Below are positions 1 to 8,143 of a stretch of DNA of 28,323 nucleotides, in pieces. The notes below the pieces were generated by a model. That model saw only the letters and a list, made by a program, of their open reading frames with translations, did no database searches and was not told the DNA's origin. The stretch comes from Gemmatimonadales bacterium (GTDB lineage: Bacteria > Gemmatimonadota > Gemmatimonadetes > Gemmatimonadales > GWC2-71-9): NCBI GenBank assembly GCA_044449625.1, contig JBIOIC010000001.1, positions 1 through 28,323 on the forward strand, given 5' to 3'. Position 1 is the stretch's first letter, and each line of letters opens with the position of its first letter. Position numbers and translations under genes: made by a program.

Positions 1-496
1 CTTCGGGCGCACTGCCCCGCACCTGGGGGACGGCGGTCCCGCCCCCGGTCCGGCGGACGGAGACACCGGCCCACCCGTCGAGCGCGGCGCCGAGGTCATT
101 ACCGCGGGCCCGAAGCTCTTCCGCGTCGAGGACCGCCGCGCCGGCGGGGACCGCGGTTACCGCGAATGCGGCGACCGTGATCGGCACCGGCTGGAGCGCC
201 AGGGTGACGCTCTGCTCGGTTCCCGGCAGCACGTCGACGCTGGTGGTATCAGGACGGTAACCGATCCGTCGGCTGATCAGGCGACGGGGACCGGTCGTGA
301 TTCCGGACAATCGGAAGACCCCTCCGGCGCCGGAAGTCACGGCGCGATCGCCAAGGGAGAGCTCGGCCCCTTCGATCCCCGCGCCGGTCATCGCATCCAC
401 GACGCGACCGGAGATGACCGCGGGAGCCTGCGCAGCCAGTGTGGAGGAAAGCAGCAGCGCCCCCGCCGCGCCCGCGAGCCAGAGCCGCCGGATCAT
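1..496 (-). CDS. TonB-dependent receptor, N-terminal part (signal peptide, carboxypeptidase-regulatory-like domain, start of plug); probable cobalamin receptor; runs off the window
   Basis: Not in the ORF track because there is no stop in the window. Manual translation from ATG 496: MIRRLWLAGAAGALLLSSTLAA|QAPAVISGRVVDAMTGAGIEGAELSLGDRAVTSGAGGVFRLSGITTGPRRLISRRIGYRPDT...DLGAALDGWAGVSVRRTGGGTAVPQVRGSAPE. The ISGRVVDA / RIGY pattern and the plug-type 'VRGS..E' motif fit a TBDR. ATGA overlap with the ABC ATPase stop. B12 specificity is inferred from the riboswitch. Confidence 0.85.
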   Translation of the reverse strand, partial: MIRRLWLAGAAGALLLSSTLAAQAPAVISGRVVDAMTGAGIEGAELSLGDRAVTSGAGGVFRLSGITTGPRRLISRRIGYRPDTTSVDVLPGTEQSVTLALQPVPITVAAFAVTAVPAGAAVLDAEELRARGNDLGAALDGWAGVSVRRTGGGTAVPQVRGSAPE

Positions 497-1287
497 CGGC
501 CCGACTCCTCTCCGCGGCGGAGCGGGACGATCTGCGGCCGCCCATCCCGCCAGGTGGTCACCGCCACCGGCCAGGCAAAGACCTCAGTCACGATCTCCTG
601 CCGCAGCACCTCCGACGGAGTCCCCCGCGCCGCGACCCGGCCTTCGCGGAGCAGGAACAGCTCTTCGGCAAAACGGGCCGCGATATTCAAGTGGTGACTC
701 ACGACCACTGCGCCGAGCCCCTCGGCGACCAGATCGTGTACCAGCTCGAAGAGTTCCATCTCGTGGCGGACATCAAGCGCTGCGCTCGGCTCGTCGAGGA
801 TCAGCAGCCGCGGCTCCTGGGCCAGAGCGCGCGCCACCCGCACCCGCTGCCACTCGCCGCCGGAGAGCGATTCCACCATCCGGTCCCGCAGATCCCAGAC
901 ATCGCAACGCTCCAGCGCGCCCCGCACCGCCGCCGCATCTCTGATCCCGGGCGGCGCGAGCGGTCCGAGATGGGGGTAGCGGCCCATCATCACGAGATCG
1001 GCGACACGGATCGGAAACGGGGTCTCCTCCCGCTGGGCGACGACGCCGATCGTCCGCGCGATCTCCCGCTGTTCCCAGGCGCCGAGCGGGCGGCCGTCGA
1101 GCCGGACCTCCCCCCGTTCCAACGCCACCGCGCCGAGGAGGGCGCGCGTGAGCGAGGTCTTGCCGCACCCGTTCGGACCCACCACGGCGACGAACGCCCC
1201 CGCCCCGACCGCGAAGTCGACGGCATCGAGCGCCGGACGCGCTCCGCCGGAGTAGCGGACGGTGATCCCGCGCGCCTCGAGGATCAC
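493..1287 (-). CDS. btuD: ABC transporter ATP-binding protein, BtuD/FecE type (cobalamin/iron-chelate)
   Basis: Walker A GPNGCGKT, signature LSGGEWQRVRVARALAQEP, Walker B LILDEP, H-loop SHH. GTG at 1287 overlaps the permease TGA (GTGA), so the upstream part of the 657-aa ORF-track entry is not real. Symbol assigned by context. Confidence 0.9.
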   Translation of the reverse strand: MILEARGITVRYSGGARPALDAVDFAVGAGAFVAVVGPNGCGKTSLTRALLGAVALERGEVRLDGRPLGAWEQREIARTIGVVAQREETPFPIRVADLVMMGRYPHLGPLAPPGIRDAAAVRGALERCDVWDLRDRMVESLSGGEWQRVRVARALAQEPRLLILDEPSAALDVRHEMELFELVHDLVAEGLGAVVVSHHLNIAARFAEELFLLREGRVAARGTPSEVLRQEIVTEVFAWPVAVTTWRDGRPQIVPLRRGEESGR

Positions 1288-2252
1288 GCCAGGCTCCGAC
1301 GCAGCAAGGCGGCGAAGAGCGGGACTCCGACCAGCGCCGTCACCACGCCGACGGGGAACTCGATCGGCGGCACGGCGGAGCGCGCCGCGACATCCGCCAG
1401 AACCAGCATCGTCCCGCCCAGGAGGAAGGCCGCGGGCAGGAGACCGCGGTGCAGCGGCCCCCAGGCCAGACGTATGATGTGGGGGACCACCAGGCCGACG
1501 AAGCCGATCAGCCCCGAGACCGCGACCGCCGCCGCGGTGAGGACCGCCGTCGCGATGACGATCCGGCGCTTGAGCGGCTCGACGTCGGCACCGAGGTGCT
1601 GGGCCGTCTCCTCGCCGAGGGAAAGGAGATCGAGGCCTCGCGCGTCCCGGAACAACACGCCGAGAGGGATCGCGCCGTACGCGGCGAAGATCCCGATGCT
1701 GACCCACGAGGCGCGGCCGAGACCGCCCAGAAGCCAGAGGAAGGCATCGCGGAGCTGCTCCGCCGGGGAGAGCACGATGATCGCCGTCATCACCGCACCC
1801 GCAAAACCGCTCACCACCACCCCGGCCAGGAGGAGGGCCCGCGCATCGATCCGTCCGCCGGCGGCGAGGCCCAGCCGATAGACCAGCGCGACGGCCGCGA
1901 GGGTGCCGGCGAACGCGGCGATGGGAACCGCCCACGCCCCGGTGAGCCCGAACGCGATCGCGATGACTGCCCCGAGTCCGGCACCGCCGGAGAGACCGAG
2001 GAGATAGGGATCGGCGAGGGGGTTTCGAACCAATGCCTGCAGCGCGGCGCCAGCGACGGCCAGGGAGCCGCCGATCAGGAAGCCGAGCACGACGCGGGGA
2101 CCTCGAAGGTCGCGGATAATCGCGGCGCCGGGGGCTGCGGGGTCGAAGAGCGCGTGGAGCACGGCGGCAGGCGAGAGCCGCACCGCGCCCAGGGCTAGGC
2201 CGAGGATCGCCGTGAGGGCCGCGAGGGCAAGGAGCACGGGCCAGCGCTTCAT
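1284..2252 (-). CDS. btuC: ABC transporter permease, FecCD/BtuC family
   Basis: IIRDLRGPRVVLGFLIGGSLAVAGAALQALVRNPLADPYLLGLSGGA, LGEETAQHLG, GLIGFVGLVVPH and EFPVGVVTALVG are FecCD motifs. ATG at 2252 overlaps the btuF stop (ATGA). Confidence 0.92.
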   Translation of the reverse strand: MKRWPVLLALAALTAILGLALGAVRLSPAAVLHALFDPAAPGAAIIRDLRGPRVVLGFLIGGSLAVAGAALQALVRNPLADPYLLGLSGGAGLGAVIAIAFGLTGAWAVPIAAFAGTLAAVALVYRLGLAAGGRIDARALLLAGVVVSGFAGAVMTAIIVLSPAEQLRDAFLWLLGGLGRASWVSIGIFAAYGAIPLGVLFRDARGLDLLSLGEETAQHLGADVEPLKRRIVIATAVLTAAAVAVSGLIGFVGLVVPHIIRLAWGPLHRGLLPAAFLLGGTMLVLADVAARSAVPPIEFPVGVVTALVGVPLFAALLRRSLA

Positions 2253-3133
2253 CGCGTCCCCGCCTGACCGGCGAGCGCCGCGCGGAGCTCCAGGATCGCC
2301 TGAGGGCTGCGCGGTCCGGGCCGCGCGAACTCGGAGCCGTGGAGCTGCAGGAAGTGGTGCTCTCGCACCGCCCGGACTGCCCGCCATTCGGCGCGCCGGG
2401 CGAGGGTCGGCGGCGAATCGCTGACCGAGAGGATAAGGTCGGGATCCCGCCCGGCAATCGCCTCAAGACTCACCGGACCCGAGGCCGCCGCGACGTCGTG
2501 GAATGCATTCCGCGCTCCGGCACGTTCCACCAGCTCATCGAGGAAGCTGCCGGCACCGATCGTGAGCGGCGGATCGACCCAAGCGAGGAGGAGAACGGAC
2601 GGCCGCGTGGAGGGATGGACGGAGACCGAGTCGAGCTGGCGGGTGAAGCGGGCGCTCATCGAGTCGGCGCCGGCGAGATGCCCGGTCGCGCGGCCGAGGA
2701 TGGCCGCGATGCGGGGGACGTCGGCCAGCCGGTCGGTGCGGAGCAGCAGCGCCGGGATGCCGAGGGAACGGAGCCGCGAGGCCGCGGTGGCGGTGCCGGC
2801 ACCGCGATAGAGGAGCACCAGATCGGGCCGCGCTGCGAGCACCGCCTCCAGATTCGGCTCCAGCCCGTCACCCACATCGGTCACGGCGCTCGCGGCGGCG
2901 GGCCAGTCATCCCAATGGGTCCGCCCGACGAGGAGGTTCCCGGCACCGATGGCGAAGAGGATCTCGGTCGTGGCGGGAATGAGGGAGACGACCCGCCGGG
3001 CCGGCTCCACGAGGCGCACCGTATCGCCGGCGTCATCGACGAGGGCGATCGCTCCGGCGCGCGGCGGCGTCCCGCACGCCGCCGTGAGGGCGGCCACGAG
3101 GGCCAGGGAGGAGAGCAGCGCCGGTGCCTTCAA
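2249..3133 (-). CDS. btuF: Periplasmic cobalamin-binding (helical backbone) protein, probable lipoprotein
   Basis: RRVVSLIPATTEILFAIG, VGRTHWDDWP, PNLEAVLAARPDLVL, TIGAGSFLDELVERAG, RPGPR. Signal LKAPALLSSLALVAALTAA-C with Cys20 if TTG 3133 is the start. Start uncertain; an in-frame GTG also exists at 3181. Confidence 0.88.
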   Translation of the reverse strand: MKAPALLSSLALVAALTAACGTPPRAGAIALVDDAGDTVRLVEPARRVVSLIPATTEILFAIGAGNLLVGRTHWDDWPAAASAVTDVGDGLEPNLEAVLAARPDLVLLYRGAGTATAASRLRSLGIPALLLRTDRLADVPRIAAILGRATGHLAGADSMSARFTRQLDSVSVHPSTRPSVLLLAWVDPPLTIGAGSFLDELVERAGARNAFHDVAAASGPVSLEAIAGRDPDLILSVSDSPPTLARRAEWRAVRAVREHHFLQLHGSEFARPGPRSPQAILELRAALAGQAGTR

Positions 3134-3200
3134 CGTTGAACGCCCATTTCCGGGACGAAGGAGATGGGCGAACGTCGGCACGAAAGGAGAGTGCGCGGGT

Positions 3201-3390
3201 CGCCACCGTCCCCTCCCCCGAGGGTTGTTGGGTGGCGCGAGCGAGGAGGTCTCCTGGCTCCGGGCTTCCGTTCGCCTTCCCACCGGCCGACGGCCGACAG
3301 TGGCGTTGATGAACGGAACAGATCTGCCCGATACAGTGGCGGGGCCGCGCCGGTCTTTCACCGGCTTCCGAATGTCCCCGCTCGCGTTAC
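3201..3390 (-). promoter_or_regulatory. Cobalamin (B12) riboswitch with downstream P13 hairpin / expression platform
   Basis: Minus strand carries the hallmark blocks CGGAAG-CCGGTGAAAGACCGG-CGCGGCCCCGCCACTGT, GCCACTG...GGGAAGG and GAGCCAGGAGACC. 12-bp P1 (3386-3375 with 3247-3236). Downstream hairpin CCCTC-GGGG-GAGGG complements L5. Lies directly upstream of a BtuFCD + TBDR operon. Confidence 0.93.
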
Positions 3391-3418
3391 AGCTCGAATT
3401 GTGACTACGGTGGTCAAA

Positions 3419-4582
3419 CTAGGCCGCCGGACCCACCGCCGCAAGAGCGGCCTCAAGCTGCCGCGCCAAGCGTGAACGATCGGCGAGGTAGCGCCCCCAC
3501 TCTTCCGCCGGGAGCTCCCGTTCCCGCCCGGCGTATCGCAGATCGAGCCGGGCCACCTGGTCCACCAGCTTGGACGCCGTGGAAGGCATCGGCCGCGCCA
3601 TCCGGGGGCGCGCCTGCCACGCCCGCACCGCGACGGCGCCGAGTCCGGCGGCGGTGAGCGCGATCAGTACGGGAAGGATCCAGGCGGGGACGGCCCCGCC
3701 ACCGCCGAGCCGCACCGTCACCATGCTGCCGGCGGGGATCGCACCGCTCCAGCGGGTGAAGGCCCGTCCATCCAGCTGCTCCGGCGTCCCGGCGGCGAGG
3801 CCTCGGCCTTCGACCTTGGCTCCCCCCTCTTCGACCAGCACGTTCAGGCTCGGGATCGAATCTTCGATCGGGAGCCCGACCACGCCGGCGGCCGGCGGCA
3901 GCGTATACTGGATCACCATCTGCGCTTCGCCGAGGGAAATCGGCGCGAAGATGAGCGCACTGTCGTTCCGGAAGACGACGGCATCGGGGGAGAAATCTCC
4001 GTCGCCGGGCGCAACGTCGATTACGCCGCGGGGAAGCCGGATCCCCCAGGCGGCGCGCACCGTATCCGGAGCGACGCGCGTATCGGGCCCCGGATTGTGC
4101 AGGACCAGCAAATCGGTCACTCGGCGGGAGCCGTCATCGGCGGGACGCTCGATCACCAGGTGGCGGGCACTCAAGCTGACCGGTGCGGCGACGCCGGAGC
4201 TGGTGTCGGCAACAAGGAGAAGGACGGTGGTATCGAGGGGGGTGCCGGTGCCGAGGGGGGGAGAGAAATAGGCGACGCCGGCATACTTGGCGCTCACCAG
4301 GTAGGTCACCGTCGTGTCCCGCCGCATCGTGAAGTGGAAACGCCCCCGCGGATCGGCGCGGAGCGAATCGAGCGGGCCCGACCCCTTGGGGGAGACCCGA
4401 TGCAGGACGACCTCGATCCCCGCCACGGGAACCGTATCCCCCCCCGCCAGGCGGACGATCCGGCCGGCGGCGCGCAGCGGCTGCTGGGCCGGGAGCCGGT
4501 CGGGCGGCAAGAGGGCGAGCAGCAGCAGGATCGGCGCGATCAGTTTGCACCGTGCCGCCGTGCCATCGGGCCATCGGGTCAC
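3419..4582 (-). CDS. Hypothetical exported, C-terminally membrane-anchored protein (carboxypeptidase-regulatory-like N-domain, beta-rich middle, TM helix, short helical cytoplasmic tail)
   Basis: GTG at 4582, 1 nt after the DUF151 stop. Signal ...APILLLLALLPPDRLPA|Q. 'AAGRIVR...GIEVVLH...LRADPRGRFHF' resembles a prealbumin/CarboxypepD-type fold. TM WILPVLIALTAAGLGAVAV. Tail LVDQVARLDLRY...EEWGRYLADRSRLARQL. Start codon and fold are tentative. Confidence 0.75.
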   Translation of the reverse strand: MTRWPDGTAARCKLIAPILLLLALLPPDRLPAQQPLRAAGRIVRLAGGDTVPVAGIEVVLHRVSPKGSGPLDSLRADPRGRFHFTMRRDTTVTYLVSAKYAGVAYFSPPLGTGTPLDTTVLLLVADTSSGVAAPVSLSARHLVIERPADDGSRRVTDLLVLHNPGPDTRVAPDTVRAAWGIRLPRGVIDVAPGDGDFSPDAVVFRNDSALIFAPISLGEAQMVIQYTLPPAAGVVGLPIEDSIPSLNVLVEEGGAKVEGRGLAAGTPEQLDGRAFTRWSGAIPAGSMVTVRLGGGGAVPAWILPVLIALTAAGLGAVAVRAWQARPRMARPMPSTASKLVDQVARLDLRYAGRERELPAEEWGRYLADRSRLARQLEAALAAVGPAA

Positions 4583-4583
4583 C

Positions 4584-5075
4584 CTAGGGCGCGAACTTCC
4601 CAAAATCCTGGGGATCGAGATTCTCGAGATAGCGCTTGAGCTGCTCCGCATCCAGACGGCCTTCGGCGGCAGGTTCGATGGTGGCCGCTCCGATACCGGC
4701 GAGCAGCTGATCGGTGGTAAAGATGGGCGCGTGGAACCGGACGGCGAGCGCGATGGCATCGGAGGGACGGGCGTCAACCAGCACCAGCTCCTCGCCGGTC
4801 CGCAAATGGAGTTCCGCAAAGTAGGTGTTCTCGCGGACCGCCGTGACCACCACCCGGTCGAGCGTGGCCCGCAGCCCGAGGAGAACCTGCCGGAGCAGGT
4901 CGTGGGTCATCGGGCGCGAGGGCTTCACGCCCTGGAGTTCCATCGCGATGGCGCTCGCTTCGGCCGGGCCGATCCAGATCGGCACCACCCGCGTTCCGTC
5001 TTTTTCCCGCAGGATGACCACCGGCGTGTTGGTGGCGCGATCGAGCCCGAGGTGGGCCACTACGACCTCGATCAT
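4584..5075 (-). CDS. Bifunctional nuclease family protein (DUF151 / BFN)
   Basis: PVVILRE...VPIWIGPAEASAIA, RPMTHDLL, YFAEL, VDARPSDAIALAVR are DUF151 motifs. Confidence 0.92.
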   Translation of the reverse strand: MIEVVVAHLGLDRATNTPVVILREKDGTRVVPIWIGPAEASAIAMELQGVKPSRPMTHDLLRQVLLGLRATLDRVVVTAVRENTYFAELHLRTGEELVLVDARPSDAIALAVRFHAPIFTTDQLLAGIGAATIEPAAEGRLDAEQLKRYLENLDPQDFGKFAP

Positions 5076-5082
5076 CGGACCC

Positions 5083-6303
5083 TCAGCGCGCCGCGCTCCG
5101 CAGGGCCCGGGCCCGGTCGGTGCGTTCCCAGGTGAAGAACTCGCGCCGCTTCCCCGCCACCGGCCGCTCGAAGGGAGTCCGGCCGAAATGCCCGTACGCG
5201 GCGGTCGGCGCGTAGATCGGCTGTTTCAGCTTGAGCGCGGCGATGATCGCCCGCGGCCGGAGGTCGAAGGTATCGAGCACCAGGCGCTCGATCCGCCGAT
5301 CATCCATCTCCCCGGTGCCGAAGGTGTCCACGAACACCGAGACCGGCTCCGCCACCCCGATGGCGTAGGCGACCTGCACCTCGCAGCGCCGGGCCAGGCC
5401 GGCCTCCACCAGATTCTTCGCCACCCAGCGCATCGCGTAGGCGGCGGAGCGATCGACCTTGGAGGGATCTTTGCCGCTGAAGGCGCCGCCGCCGTGGCGC
5501 GCCATCCCGCCATAAGTATCCACGATGATCTTCCGCCCGGTGAGCCCCGCATCGCCGTGGGGACCGCCGATGACGAACCGGCCGGTGGGATTGACCAGGA
5601 ACCGCACCCCGCGCGACTCCAGGCCGTGCGCTTCGAGCACCGGACGGATCACCTCGCGGACGATCCCTTCCCGGATGGTCGAGTGCTTGAGCTCCCGTCC
5701 ATTGTGATGCTCGCCGTGCTGAGTCGACACCACGACGGTCTGGACCCCGACCGGGCGATCTCCTTCGTAGGCCACTGACACCTGCGTCTTGCCGTCGGGC
5801 CGCAGCCAGTCGAGCTGATTGACCCGCCCCTTCCCCTTGCGGACCGCCGCCAGCCGCTCGGCGATGCGATGCGCCAGGAGGATCGGCAGCGGCATCCGCT
5901 CCGGGGTCTCGTCCGAGGCGTAGCCGAACATCATCCCCTGGTCCCCCGCTCCCTGCTCGCGTCCCTTCGCTGAGTCGACGCCGAGGGCGATGTCGGGGGA
6001 TTGCCGCCCGATCGAGGAGAGGACGGCGGCGGTCTTGAAATCGAAACCGTGGCTCCCGTCGGTGTAGCCGATCTGCTCGACGGTGCGGCGCACGATGCCG
6101 GGAATGTCCACATAGGCCGAGGTAGTGATCTCACCGGCGACGATCGCCATCCCGGTGGTCACCAGCGTTTCACACGCGACCCGCCCATCGGGATCGGTGG
6201 TGAGAATGGCGTCGAGCACCGCATCGGATATCTGGTCGGCCACCTTGTCGGGATGACCTTCGGTGACGGACTCGGAAGTGAAGACGTGACGTTTCAGGGC
6301 CAT
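5083..6303 (-). CDS. metK: S-adenosylmethionine synthetase
   Basis: [94 protein letters not shown] at 6303 ([12 protein letters not shown]). Confidence 0.99.
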   Translation of the reverse strand: MALKRHVFTSESVTEGHPDKVADQISDAVLDAILTTDPDGRVACETLVTTGMAIVAGEITTSAYVDIPGIVRRTVEQIGYTDGSHGFDFKTAAVLSSIGRQSPDIALGVDSAKGREQGAGDQGMMFGYASDETPERMPLPILLAHRIAERLAAVRKGKGRVNQLDWLRPDGKTQVSVAYEGDRPVGVQTVVVSTQHGEHHNGRELKHSTIREGIVREVIRPVLEAHGLESRGVRFLVNPTGRFVIGGPHGDAGLTGRKIIVDTYGGMARHGGGAFSGKDPSKVDRSAAYAMRWVAKNLVEAGLARRCEVQVAYAIGVAEPVSVFVDTFGTGEMDDRRIERLVLDTFDLRPRAIIAALKLKQPIYAPTAAYGHFGRTPFERPVAGKRREFFTWERTDRARALRSAAR

Positions 6304-6385
6304 GGCGGGGTGGGGCAAGGGTAAATAGCGAGACGAGGACTGCTGGGAACCTACTCGGTCCCACCGGGTGGGCACAACGCTTCAA

Positions 6386-8143
6386 TCAGTGCCGGCCGAG
6401 GTAACTCTCGGTCGCGCGACGGAGGATGTCGAGAACGGCCTCCGGTGAGGCCGCCTCCAGCGCCTCCGCGGCGGCGGCTTCGGCCACCGCGTGCGGCACA
6501 GAGCGGAGCACCCACTTGACCAGCGGCAGCGCCGGCGGCCCGACGGAGAGCATCGAGTATCCGAGCCCGGCGAGCAGCACCGCCGTGAGGGGCTCGGACG
6601 CCATTTCGCCGCAGACGCTGACGGGGATCCCGCCGGCGACGCCGGCCCGGATGATCGCCGCGAGCTGGCGCACCACCGCCGGATGATGCGGCGCAAACCG
6701 CTCGGCCAGCCGTGCGTTGCCGCGGTCCACCGCGAGCGTGTATTGCGTGAGGTCGTTCGATCCGACGCTGAAGAAGGCGCTCACCTGTGCCAGTTGGTCG
6801 GCGAGGAGGACCGCGGCGGGAGTTTCCACCATCACCCCGACCGGGACGGTCCGCGCCGCCCGCACGCCCGCCTTGGCCAGCCGCTCCGCCTCTTCCTCCA
6901 GCAGCCGCTTGGTCGCGAGGACCTCCTCCGCGTCGATGACCAGCGGCAGCATCAGGCGCACGTCGCGGTCGACCGCCACGCGGAGGACGGCGCGGAGCTG
7001 GGGCCGGAAGAGCTCCGGCTCATCGAGGCAGACCCGGATGGAGCGCCAGCCGAGGAACGGATTGGCTTCGTGCGGCGCGTTGAACGCGGTGGGGAACTTG
7101 TCTCCGCCGAGATCGAACGACCGGATGACCACCGGCCGGCCGGCGAAGGCCTCGGTCACCCGCCGGAAATAGGCGTACTGCTCGTCCTCGGTCGGCAGAT
7201 GGGTGCGGCCGGTGACGAGGAACTCGGTCCGCAACAACCCGACTCCCATCGCACCGTGCTGAAGGGCCGGCTGGATCTCTTCGGGAAGATCGACATTGCC
7301 GAGCAGAGTGTACTGATGTCCGTCGGGACTTTCGGCCGCCTGCGAGACCGTCGCTTCCAGCTCGAGTTCGACCTTCTGGCGGCGGCTGCGGCGGGCCCGG
7401 GCCTCTTCCAGCTCGGCCGGGGTCGGATCAAGCAGGAGCGTCCCCGCCTGTCCGTCGAGCAGGACCATCGTCCCCGGCTTGATCTTCGCGATGGCGCCGA
7501 CCGCGCCCATCACCGCCGGAATGCCGAGAGAATGGGCCAGGATCGCGGCGTGGGAGGTACGGGTTCCCTCTTCACTGATGAGACCGGCCACGTGATCGCG
7601 ATCGAGCTGCACCGTCAGGCCCGGCGAGAGTTCGTGCGCGATGACGATGACCTGCTCCGCTTCATCGGAGGGTCCCAGCCAGATTGCCTCGGGCGGTTTG
7701 CCCGTCAGGAGACTGAGCATCCGGAACTGGATCGCGCCAAGGTCGGCCAGCCGGTCCCGGAGGCGGGTGCTCGACGAGCTGGCCCAGAGATTCCGGATTT
7801 CCAGCGCCTTGAACTCGAAGGCGGTCTCCGCGCTCATCCGGTTCTTCCGGATCAGGTGCTCGACTGCCTTGAGGAAATCCTCATCCTGGGCGAGCATGAT
7901 CTGCGCCTCGAAGATGCGGCTCTCCTCCACGCCGGCCCGATGCAGCACCCGCTCCCGCAACTGTTCCAGTGACCGGACGGTCTCGGCCACCGCCTCCCGC
8001 AGCCGGATGACCTCCCCCGCGACCGCCTCCGGCGCCACCTCCCGGTCCGGCACCTCCGGCAGATTCCATTGCACGATCACCGCCGCGGCGTAGGCAACGC
8101 CGGGGGAAACCCCGATCCCCTTGAGCACGCGATGCTGGGTCAT
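6386..8143 (-). CDS. ptsI: PTS enzyme I (phosphoenolpyruvate-protein phosphotransferase)
   Basis: Phospho-His motif TSHAAILAHSLGIPAV, GVGLLRTEFL, RSFDLGGDK, EANPFLGWRSIR, MVETPAAV, SVGSNDLTQY, CGEMA. Confidence 0.98.
   Translation of the reverse strand: MTQHRVLKGIGVSPGVAYAAAVIVQWNLPEVPDREVAPEAVAGEVIRLREAVAETVRSLEQLRERVLHRAGVEESRIFEAQIMLAQDEDFLKAVEHLIRKNRMSAETAFEFKALEIRNLWASSSSTRLRDRLADLGAIQFRMLSLLTGKPPEAIWLGPSDEAEQVIVIAHELSPGLTVQLDRDHVAGLISEEGTRTSHAAILAHSLGIPAVMGAVGAIAKIKPGTMVLLDGQAGTLLLDPTPAELEEARARRSRRQKVELELEATVSQAAESPDGHQYTLLGNVDLPEEIQPALQHGAMGVGLLRTEFLVTGRTHLPTEDEQYAYFRRVTEAFAGRPVVIRSFDLGGDKFPTAFNAPHEANPFLGWRSIRVCLDEPELFRPQLRAVLRVAVDRDVRLMLPLVIDAEEVLATKRLLEEEAERLAKAGVRAARTVPVGVMVETPAAVLLADQLAQVSAFFSVGSNDLTQYTLAVDRGNARLAERFAPHHPAVVRQLAAIIRAGVAGGIPVSVCGEMASEPLTAVLLAGLGYSMLSVGPPALPLVKWVLRSVPHAVAEAAAAEALEAASPEAVLDILRRATESYLGRH

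Noticed and set aside
3398-3417. Promoter for the btu operon (TTGACC at 3417-3412, CACAAT at 3403-3398)
   Set aside because: The two hexamers are only 8 nt apart. CACAAT is well placed relative to the riboswitch, but its proper -35 position reads CGGCCT. Insufficient support.
6304-6393. Canonical SAM-I, II, III, V or SAM-SAH riboswitch before metK
   Set aside because: Too short for SAM-I and lacks the AUC/GAU core; lacks the 3' CTAAAA tract of SAM-II/V. Kept only as an unclassified candidate.
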